DNA of 64,000 nt from an uncultured Mediterraneibacter sp. GTDB taxonomy: Bacteria > Bacillota > Clostridia > Lachnospirales > Lachnospiraceae. The notes under the pieces are model-generated. The model worked only from the letters and a program-made list of their open reading frames with translations. It ran no database searches and was not told where the DNA came from. Where the stretch lies: the NCBI GenBank assembly GCA_944377805.1, contig CALWFZ010000005.1:50697-114696 (forward strand). Reading direction: 5' to 3'. Shown one piece after another: positions 56,288 through 63,532 of the stretch. Position 1 is the stretch's first letter. Each line of letters begins with the position of its first letter. A program made the translations under genes and the position numbers.

Positions 56288-56371
56288 AACCTAAGAAAAA
56301 TGACAATTTCAAGAGTGGAAAATACTTGCAAACCATTGATTTTACTGGGTTTGCAAAAAAACATTAAAAAA

Positions 56372-56414
56372 TTAGCACTCAACTATTGACAGTGCTAACA
56401 ATAAATGCTATAGT
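56372..56414 (+). promoter_or_regulatory. hsp20 promoter with embedded CIRCE operator
   Basis: TTAGCACTC-N9-CAGTGCTAA at 56372-56398 has one mismatch to the consensus. TTGACA (56385-56390) lies inside the spacer, followed by 18 nt and TATAGT (56409-56414). Confidence 0.75.
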
Positions 56415-56607
56415 ACAACTAGAACAAAGGAATAGAAACGGAAAAGGAGCGGAAAGCCTGAGGGCTAAAAGGCTCTGAAAAGTTTCGGATTCCCGGCTTC
56501 TATCGCTTGCAACACTTGAGACAACTTCAAGAGTGCTGATGGCGGCCGTGTGAGCGGCTTATATAAAACTTATTTCAATGTTTCAATTATGAAAGGAGAA
56601 ATGACTT

Positions 56608-57060
56608 ATGTTGATGCCTAGTATTTTTGGAGAGAACTTATTTGATGACGACTGGATGGATTTTCCGTTTGAGAGCAGCTTCTGGGGAAGAAAGAACCCG
56701 CTGTACGGAAAACATGCAAAGAACCTTATGAAGACAGATATTCGCGAGCATGACGCAGGATATGAACTTGACATAGATCTTCCGGGATTTAAGAAAGATG
56801 AGATCAATGTAGAACTTGAGAACGGATATCTGACAATCTCTGCGGCAAAAGGTCTTGATAAAGACGAGAAGGACAAAAAAGGCAAATATATCCGTCAGGA
56901 GCGCTACGCGGGCACAATGCAGAGGAGCTTCTATGTGGGCGATGTGGTAACGCAGGAAGATATTAAAGCGAAATTTGAAGACGGTATCTTAAGGCTGAGT
57001 ATACCGAAGAAAGACGCGAAAGAGGTAGAGACAAAGAAGACTATCGCCATTGAGGGATGA
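56608..57060 (+). CDS. hsp20: Small heat-shock protein (Hsp20/alpha-crystallin family)
   Basis: The alpha-crystallin domain reads DIREHDAGYELDIDLPGFKKDEINVELENGYLTISA...GILRLSIPK. RBS is AAAGGAG. Confidence 0.95.
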   Translation: MLMPSIFGENLFDDDWMDFPFESSFWGRKNPLYGKHAKNLMKTDIREHDAGYELDIDLPGFKKDEINVELENGYLTISAAKGLDKDEKDKKGKYIRQERYAGTMQRSFYVGDVVTQEDIKAKFEDGILRLSIPKKDAKEVETKKTIAIEG

Positions 57061-57087
57061 TCTGTCAGTAAAGTATTATAATATAGA

Positions 57088-57125
57088 AAGCCTCCGGCAT
57101 ATGTGATGCCGGGGGTTTTTCTTTT
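57088..57125 (+). terminator. Rho-independent terminator after hsp20
   Basis: CCTCCGGCAT / ATGCCGGGGG stem with one G.U pair and a 5-nt loop, then TTTTTCTTTT. Confidence 0.8.
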
Positions 57126-57177
57126 GGCGGCGGCCGATTTCAATCCCGGGATGTGCTTTTTGGAACTTCCGGTGATT
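57126..57177 (+). repeat. Terminator-adjacent dispersed repeat, copy 4 (internal-deletion variant)
   Basis: GGCGGCGGCC...CAATCCCGGGATGTGCTTTTTGGAACTTCCGGTGATT matches the 5' about 10 nt and the 3' about 40 nt of copy 1. The central hairpin is absent. Confidence 0.65.
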
Positions 57178-57334
57178 ATGGAAGTTCCACAGTACCGGCA
57201 TAATGATGGAACTGCTATGCGGCTTCCGGAAAGAATTCCCTGTAGTTGCAGGAAAACACGAAAGAATTTATAATGAAGGAGAAAAATGGTTAAGCAAAAG
57301 GAATTTATGTATTAGCGGGAGAGAGACAAAGCGA

Positions 57335-58288
57335 ATGAAGCTTTACTATAGAATTACAGGTGGAACAGCGGAGATTGTGAGGTGCTTTGGAACAGACTCT
57401 AAGATCGAGATCCCGGAGCAGGTGGGCGGCCTTCCGGTGAGGCGGATAGCGCCGTATGCCTTTTCTGCCAGAAAAGAAAAAGAAGAAACAGATGTCCTCG
57501 TCTTTGAAACAGCGGGAACAGGATTGTTCCGACAGGAAGAAGGACTGTTGGCGGGAGACAACGTGGAGAGTGTCGTGTTTCCGGACGGTCTGGAGGAGAT
57601 CGGCCGGTATATTTTTTACGGGTGCCGTCATCTGAAAGAACTGAGTTTCTCTGACAGCCTCGTAAACATCGGAAGCGGGGCGTTTACAGGATGCCGGGAA
57701 CTGGAGCGGCTGTGTGTACGCCTTAAGAGAGGAGAAAAATCCTGTGTTTCTGAGATACTGGGAGACCTCTGGCAGAGAATCGACGTAACATTTCAAAAGG
57801 AAGAGAGTACCGCGAAGCTGGTGTTTCCGGAACACTACGAAGAGGCGGTTGAAAATACGCCTGCCCGTCTACTCTTCACACAGCATCACGGTTCTGGAAA
57901 TAACTACAGGCAGTGCTTTTATGGCAAAGAGATGGATTACAGAAAATATGATGAACTCTTTTATCTGGCAAAGTCGCAGGATAAGATCAGCGTAATTGCC
58001 GACATGGTATTTTCCAGACTTCTGTACCCGGTGGAGCTTATGGAGGAGGCCAGGAAATGCTATGAAGAGTACATCCGGGAGAACGGGGCCAGGGTGGCTG
58101 AGCATCTGATCAGATGTGGAGAGCTGCGGGCGCTTCGGGAGATGTCTGAGAGAAATCTGTGGAGTGAGGGAGCGCTTGACGCAGCGATAGAATATGCGGC
58201 TGTTAAAGGCCAAAGGGAGGTCTTAAGCGTGATTATGGATGAGAAGCATAAGATGTTCCCGGGAAAGAAGGAAAAATATGAATTATAA
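57335..58288 (+). CDS. Cytoplasmic BspA-type leucine-rich-repeat (LRR_5) protein with helical C-terminal domain
   Basis: There is no signal peptide. Repeats read IPEQVGGLPVRRIAPYAF, VVFPDGLEEIGRYIFYGCRHLKEL, SFSDSLVNIGSGAFTGCRELERL. Confidence 0.7.
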   Translation: MKLYYRITGGTAEIVRCFGTDSKIEIPEQVGGLPVRRIAPYAFSARKEKEETDVLVFETAGTGLFRQEEGLLAGDNVESVVFPDGLEEIGRYIFYGCRHLKELSFSDSLVNIGSGAFTGCRELERLCVRLKRGEKSCVSEILGDLWQRIDVTFQKEESTAKLVFPEHYEEAVENTPARLLFTQHHGSGNNYRQCFYGKEMDYRKYDELFYLAKSQDKISVIADMVFSRLLYPVELMEEARKCYEEYIRENGARVAEHLIRCGELRALREMSERNLWSEGALDAAIEYAAVKGQREVLSVIMDEKHKMFPGKKEKYEL

Positions 58289-59600
58289 ATCAGAGGAAGC
58301 GGCAGAGCGCCTGAAGCAGATTGGATACAACATCCTGAGTATATGCAGGGATGAACTGTATTTTTCCATGCGGTATATGGATGTGGCGCTGAGTAGTTTT
58401 CAGTATGTTATGGATGTCAACGTCAGTCCGTTTGGCACAGACGGATACCATATATATTTTCATCCGGGCCAGCTGGGAGGTCTTTATAAGGAAAACCGGA
58501 TTCTGACTAACCGGGGTTATCTTCATATGGTTCTGCATTGTATCTTCCGGCATCTCTGGAAGAGGACGCCTAATGACCGGTACTGGAATTTGAGTTGCGA
58601 CATTGCGGTGGAGCATATCATTGACGGATGCGACCTGCGTCCGGTCAGGTTTTCAAGAAGCCTTCTGCGACGGGAGACTTACCGGAAGCTGGAGGCGGAT
58701 GGGCATGTGCTCAATGCGGAGAGAATCTTCCATATCCTGTCAGAGTGGGATTTGGATGACAAGGAACTAAAGATTATGGAAGAAGAGTTTTATATGGACG
58801 ATCACCGATATTGGGAGGGGGAGAACCAGAAGCGCCCTCCTGAGTCCTCATGTGAACAGAAATGGAGGGAGATCGACGAAAAGATGGAGACAGATCTGGA
58901 GACGTTTTCAAAGGAGTCGTCTGAACAGAGCGGAGGTTTTCTGGGTGAACTTAAGGCAGAGAACAGAGGGCGCCATGATTACAGGGAGTTTCTGCGGAAG
59001 TTCTCTGTGTTCCACGAGGAGATGAAGGCGGATCCTGATACGTTCGACTATGGATTTTACAGCTATGGTCTGTCGTTGTATGGGAATATGCCTCTGATTG
59101 AGCCTCTGGAGACAAGAGAGGCTTATAAAGTGGAGGAGTTTGTGATTGTACTCGATACGTCCATGTCCTGTTCAGGGAAACTCATCAGACGTTTTTTAGA
59201 GGAGACTTATAATGTGCTTCAGGAAAACGACAGTTTTTTCAGGAAGGTAAATATCCATATCATCCAGTGTGACGAGAAGGTGCACGAGGATGTCAGAATT
59301 ACTTCGGGAAAAGAACTTGAGGAGTATATGGCGCATTTCAGACTCTACGGGGAAGGGGGAACGGACTTTCGTCCGGCCTTTACATATGTGGACGAACTTA
59401 TAAAAAGCGGCGGATTCACTAATTTAAAAGGGCTGATCTACTTTACAGACGGGTATGGGATTTATCCGGAACAGATGCCGCCGTACCGGACTGCGTTTGT
59501 ATTTCTGGAAGAGGACTTCCGGGATGTGGATGTACCGTCCTGGGCGATTCGCCTCGTCATCCGTGAAGACAGTATAAAGGAGGAAGGTTTTGGACATTAA
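58278..59600 (+). CDS. VWA-domain protein with N-terminal DUF2201-like (putative metallopeptidase-like) domain
   Basis: The N-domain has HMVLH where HExxH would be expected. The VWA MIDAS motif is VLDTSMSCSG, and GGTDF lies downstream. It overlaps the LRR gene by 11 nt. Confidence 0.7.
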   Translation: MNYKSEEAAERLKQIGYNILSICRDELYFSMRYMDVALSSFQYVMDVNVSPFGTDGYHIYFHPGQLGGLYKENRILTNRGYLHMVLHCIFRHLWKRTPNDRYWNLSCDIAVEHIIDGCDLRPVRFSRSLLRRETYRKLEADGHVLNAERIFHILSEWDLDDKELKIMEEEFYMDDHRYWEGENQKRPPESSCEQKWREIDEKMETDLETFSKESSEQSGGFLGELKAENRGRHDYREFLRKFSVFHEEMKADPDTFDYGFYSYGLSLYGNMPLIEPLETREAYKVEEFVIVLDTSMSCSGKLIRRFLEETYNVLQENDSFFRKVNIHIIQCDEKVHEDVRITSGKELEEYMAHFRLYGEGGTDFRPAFTYVDELIKSGGFTNLKGLIYFTDGYGIYPEQMPPYRTAFVFLEEDFRDVDVPSWAIRLVIREDSIKEEGFGH

Positions 59601-61101
59601 ACGCGCGAAACAGGAAATTAAAGACGCCGTGGAGGCGTATCTTATAAAAAATGAATACGGGGAGTATGAGATCCCGGCGATCCGGCAGCGGCCGGTTCTC
59701 CTTATGGGGCCTCCGGGCATCGGAAAGACACAGATTATGGAGCAGATTGCAAAAGAGATGGGAATAGGCCTTGTGTCTTATACGATTACTCATCATACAA
59801 GACAAAGCGCGGTGGGGCTCCCTTTTATCAGAGAAAAAGAATACGGAGGGGAGAGCTGCTCGGTGACTGAGTATACGATGAGCGAGATCATCGGGTCAGT
59901 TTATGAAAAGATGGAGCAGACCGGGTGCCGGGAAGGCATCCTGTTTCTGGATGAGATCAACTGCGTCTCGGAGACTCTGGCTCCGGCCATGCTTCAGTTT
60001 CTCCAGGGAAAGACTTTCGGAACTCACAGGCTGCCGGATGGGTGGATCATCGTAGCAGCGGGAAATCCCCCGGAATACAACAAATCCGTGCGGGAGTTTG
60101 ATGTAGTCACCCTGGACCGTCTGAAAAAGATCGATGTGGAGGCGGATTTTCCGGCGTGGAAGGAATACGCGTACCGGCAGGGGATTCACCAGGCGGTGAT
60201 TTCCTATCTGGATCTCAGACGGGAGAACTTCTACCGGATGGAAAACACGGTGGATGGCAGGCGCTTTGCTACCGCCCGGGGATGGGAGGATCTTTCCCGG
60301 CTGATTCAGGTGTATGAGATGCTTGGAAAGACGGTGGACCGGGACGTAGTGTATCAGTATATCCAGCACCGCGGTATTGCAAAAGATTTTGCCAATTATC
60401 TGGAACTCTACTACAAATACCGGACCGACTATAAGGTGGAAGACATTCTGAAAGGAATATGGAACCGGTCTGTACTTGAGAAGATACAGAGCGCGTCCTT
60501 TGACGAACATTTAAGCGTTATAAGCCTGATAAACGCAAAGCTGTCCGGCATGTTCAAAGAGTGTTACCTTGCGGATGCATATATAGGGAAACTGCACGGA
60601 TATCTGATCTGTTACAGGGAGAACCGGTCCGTGACAATGCTGGATGATGTGCGCGCGCTGGCGGAGAAAGATTTAGAAGAGCAGAGACATGCAGAGCTTC
60701 TGACCCGTCAGCAGGAGCATATCCTGCTTCGCGCTGCGGATACACTGAGCCGTTTTTCCAGGAACATAAAAGGCGAAATATCCGCTCCTGACAAGGCTTT
60801 CGACGAGGTGAGAGACATGTTTGCCGGAGAAAAAGAAGAGCTGGACAAAATGATCTCGCGTACTTCCGAGGCTCTGGACAATGCGTTCCGGTTCCTGGAG
60901 GATGCCTTTGGAGAGAGCCAGGAGATGGTGTCTTTTGTGACAGAACTGAACGCCGGGTATTACAGCGTCTGGTTTATCAAGGAAAATGGCAGTGACTTGT
61001 ACTATAAGTACAATAAGGGGCTCCTGTTTGATGAGCGCCATGAGGGTGTTGTGCGTCAGATGGATGAAGTGGAAAGTATTCTGAATACGGGCATAAAATG
61101 A
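59590..61101 (+). CDS. MoxR-like AAA+ ATPase (AAA_5) with a C-terminal extension of about 250 aa
   Basis: Walker A GPPGIGKTQ, Walker B ILFLDEIN, and AAGNPPEY. The TTG start follows AAGGAGGA and overlaps the VWA gene stop. Confidence 0.8.
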   Translation: MDIKRAKQEIKDAVEAYLIKNEYGEYEIPAIRQRPVLLMGPPGIGKTQIMEQIAKEMGIGLVSYTITHHTRQSAVGLPFIREKEYGGESCSVTEYTMSEIIGSVYEKMEQTGCREGILFLDEINCVSETLAPAMLQFLQGKTFGTHRLPDGWIIVAAGNPPEYNKSVREFDVVTLDRLKKIDVEADFPAWKEYAYRQGIHQAVISYLDLRRENFYRMENTVDGRRFATARGWEDLSRLIQVYEMLGKTVDRDVVYQYIQHRGIAKDFANYLELYYKYRTDYKVEDILKGIWNRSVLEKIQSASFDEHLSVISLINAKLSGMFKECYLADAYIGKLHGYLICYRENRSVTMLDDVRALAEKDLEEQRHAELLTRQQEHILLRAADTLSRFSRNIKGEISAPDKAFDEVRDMFAGEKEELDKMISRTSEALDNAFRFLEDAFGESQEMVSFVTELNAGYYSVWFIKENGSDLYYKYNKGLLFDERHEGVVRQMDEVESILNTGIK

Positions 61102-61218
61102 TGGTAGTTAATTCTGTAGTGTGGTATAATAATTGCGTTATACGCAGCCGGTGCTAAGATCCGGTCTGCGGCGCGCCTGCGTCCCGTGAGGGCGATACCG
61201 GAAAGAGAGGTCATTGTG

Positions 61219-61854
61219 ATGGATGTAAGACAGATGAGAAACGAAGTATTAGGGAGACGTGTCGTGAAGGCGCTGGAGTCAAGAAATATGGAAGCGTACT
61301 ATGCTGCGTCTAAGGAAGAAGCCGTAAAGACTGCCCTGGAACTGATTCCGGAGGGGAGCACGATCAATATGGGAGGATCAGCTTCTGTCAGAGAGGTAGG
61401 ACTGCTGGATGCGATCAATGCGGGGAACTATCAGTTCTATGACCGGGATAAAGCTACTTCTCCGGAGGAAAAGCAGGAGATTGCACTGAAGGCGTTTACC
61501 TGCGACTGGTTTTTAGGCAGCGTCAACGCCATGAGTGAGGACGGAGTATTCGTCAACATCGACGGGAACGCGAACCGTGTAGCCGCTTATGCCTTCGGCC
61601 CGAAGAATGTTCTCCTTATCGTAGGGATGAACAAGGTGGTCAAGACTGAGGAAGACGCGCTGCACAGGGCGAGAAATGAAGCGGCTCCGATTAACACCCA
61701 GAGGTTTGGTATCAATCCCCCGTGCGTGAAGAACGGAAGCTGCTTTGACTGTAAGAGCGAAGACTGTATCTGCTGTCAGATTATGATTACGAGATTCAGC
61801 AGAATACCGAAGAGATTCAAGATCATACTTGTGGATGAGAACCTCGGATTCTAG
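61219..61854 (+). CDS. LUD-domain (LutC/YkgG-like) protein with C-terminal Cys cluster
   Basis: INMGGSASVRE and FLGSVNAMSEDG patterns, and a C-terminal CVKNGSCFDCKSEDCICC. Confidence 0.65.
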   Translation: MDVRQMRNEVLGRRVVKALESRNMEAYYAASKEEAVKTALELIPEGSTINMGGSASVREVGLLDAINAGNYQFYDRDKATSPEEKQEIALKAFTCDWFLGSVNAMSEDGVFVNIDGNANRVAAYAFGPKNVLLIVGMNKVVKTEEDALHRARNEAAPINTQRFGINPPCVKNGSCFDCKSEDCICCQIMITRFSRIPKRFKIILVDENLGF

Positions 61855-61883
61855 GGACTCGGCACATTGAGAGAGGAAATGCC

Positions 61884-62693
61884 ATGATGAGCAGACGAGA
61901 AAAGAAACATTCCGGCAGCCGCAGGCGGCCGCGCAGAAAACGGAAAAAAGAGAAAAGAACAGCGTTTGACGTTGTGACAGGAGCGATTCTGATTATTGCT
62001 GTGTGCGTATTTGTCTTTTCCCTTTATCAGCTTGCGCTGATGCTGATTCCGTATTATACGGGCGGAAAAGAATATGATGAGATCAGAGATCTGGCGATAA
62101 CGGCTGATGACGACGGGAGCGGATTCAGCGTGGACTTTGATGCCCTGCTTGCAGCCAATCCGGATACAGTAGCATGGATTCGTTTTGACGAGCCCTCGAT
62201 CATCAACTATCCTGTAGTAAAGAGTAAGGATAATAAAGAGTATCTGACGAAGACATTCACAGAAAATGACAACAAGCTGGGCGCAATCTTCATGGATATG
62301 GGGAACAGCAGCGATTTCTCGGACAGAAATACGATTATCTACGGACATCATCTGAACGTGAGTCCGGATATGTTTTCGAGACTGAATCTGTATGCGGAGG
62401 AAGAGTTCTGCCAGGCTCATCCGTATTTTTATATTTACACGCCAGACGGAAAGGTAAGGACTTATACGGTGTTCACGGCAGGGGTGGTGAGCGCTGTGGG
62501 CGAACATTATAAGATTGAGTTTGCCTCGGACGAAGAGTTCGGACAGTTTATCAGTGAGTGCCGGGCGGCCTCCAACTATCAGGTTGATGTGGACGTAACG
62601 ACAGAGTCTCAGGTCGTGACGCTCTCGACATGTACGGGAGTTCGTGACACTGAGAGATTTGTGCTCCAGGGTGTTCTGACAGATATAGATTAA
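61884..62693 (+). CDS. srtB: Class B sortase
   Basis: Basic N-terminus plus a TM segment. AWIRFDEPSIINYPVV, IIYGHH and LSTCT (the TLxTC catalytic Cys motif). Confidence 0.8.
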   Translation: MMSRREKKHSGSRRRPRRKRKKEKRTAFDVVTGAILIIAVCVFVFSLYQLALMLIPYYTGGKEYDEIRDLAITADDDGSGFSVDFDALLAANPDTVAWIRFDEPSIINYPVVKSKDNKEYLTKTFTENDNKLGAIFMDMGNSSDFSDRNTIIYGHHLNVSPDMFSRLNLYAEEEFCQAHPYFYIYTPDGKVRTYTVFTAGVVSAVGEHYKIEFASDEEFGQFISECRAASNYQVDVDVTTESQVVTLSTCTGVRDTERFVLQGVLTDID

Positions 62694-62717
62694 AGAACTA
62701 ATAGAAAGGAAGAGAGA

Positions 62718-62918
62718 ATGGCGGACAGATTCGATGTGGGAGATGTCATCAGAATGAAGAAACCTCACCCATGCGGAAGCAGCGAGTGGGAAGTGCTGCG
62801 CGTGGGGGCTGATTTCAGACTCAAATGTATGGGCTGCGGACATCAGATTATGGTAACGAGAAAGCTGGTGGAGAAAAACACAAGGCAGATCACGAAGAAA
62901 TCGCAGGAGGATACATAG
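62718..62918 (+). CDS. DUF951-family small protein
   Basis: The pattern GDVIRMKKPHPCGSSEWEVLRVGADFRLKCMGCGHQIMV is typical of DUF951. Confidence 0.75.
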   Translation: MADRFDVGDVIRMKKPHPCGSSEWEVLRVGADFRLKCMGCGHQIMVTRKLVEKNTRQITKKSQEDT

Positions 62919-63341
62919 ATGAGAGTGCTGGTTATCGACGGTCAGGGCGGCGGGCTGGGGCGCCAGCTCGTGACTGCCATAAAGGCCTACAGTAAGGATA
63001 TTGAAGTGATTGCGGTGGGGACGAACAGTACCGCGACAAATGCCATGTTAAAGGCGGGAGCAGATCACGCGGCTACAGGGGAGAATTCTGTTCTGGTCGC
63101 GTCCGGAAAGGCGGATGTGATCATGGGCCCGGTAGGCATCGTAATCGCAGATTCCATGCTGGGAGAGATTACCCCGAAGATGGCGGTTGCAGTGGGACAG
63201 AGCGCGGCAAGAAGAATCTTGATCCCGGTGAATCTCTGTGATAACATAGTTGTGGGTGTGTCAGATATGTCTGTAGGAAAAAATATCCAAAACGCCATCG
63301 GAATACTGGATAAAATATCAGAACGAAACCGATCAGAATAA
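62919..63341 (+). CDS. DUF3842-family protein
   Basis: MRVLVIDGQGGGLGRQLV N-terminus. The start abuts the DUF951 stop. Confidence 0.7.
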   Translation: MRVLVIDGQGGGLGRQLVTAIKAYSKDIEVIAVGTNSTATNAMLKAGADHAATGENSVLVASGKADVIMGPVGIVIADSMLGEITPKMAVAVGQSAARRILIPVNLCDNIVVGVSDMSVGKNIQNAIGILDKISERNRSE

Positions 63342-63532
63342 GCCGGCAGGAAGCCGGCACGACCGGCTGAAGCCGGGAGATGGAACACAAGACCGGGGAA
63401 AGTACCGCCGGCGTACTGCGCTGCTGCGGCGGCAGAAAAGGAATTTATATTTATTATTTATATGAACTATAGGTATCAGGAAGGTATCTGCTTTCAGAAG
63501 AGAGCGGGTACTTTTTTTGTGAGGTGAAAGTT

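Larger units (their letters stand above)
49700..56360. mobile_element. AT-rich mosaic island made of decayed mobile-element and accessory gene pieces
   Basis: Hand GC counts on sample lines give about 25-35% inside and about 48-50% in the flanks. The island contains truncated genes, a relaxase remnant, an integrase C-terminal remnant and XRE regulators. Boundaries are approximate. Confidence 0.55.

Noticed and set aside
56483-56497. TTTCGGATTCCCGGC resembling a tRNA T-arm (possible att-site tRNA remnant) in the hsp20 leader
   Set aside because: The flanking bases cannot form the T-stem or an acceptor stem, so there is no tRNA-like fold.
56507-56538. Second CIRCE-like palindrome (CACTTGAG...CAAGAGTGCT) in the hsp20 5' UTR
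   Set aside because: The left half deviates strongly from TTAGCACTC. It may just be a UTR hairpin and is mentioned only within the CIRCE finding.
61851-62843. 330-aa minus-strand ORF across the sortase B and DUF951 genes
   Set aside because: It overlaps two plus-strand genes with recognisable family motifs, and its own translation has no motif.
63342-63532. GC-rich multi-hairpin segment (GCCGGC repeats, GTACCGCCGGCGTAC) followed by an AT-rich stretch and a T-run upstream of larE, considered as a riboswitch
   Set aside because: I cannot match it to any riboswitch consensus by eye. It is most simply a terminator region of the DUF3842 gene plus the larE promoter. An Rfam cmscan would settle it.
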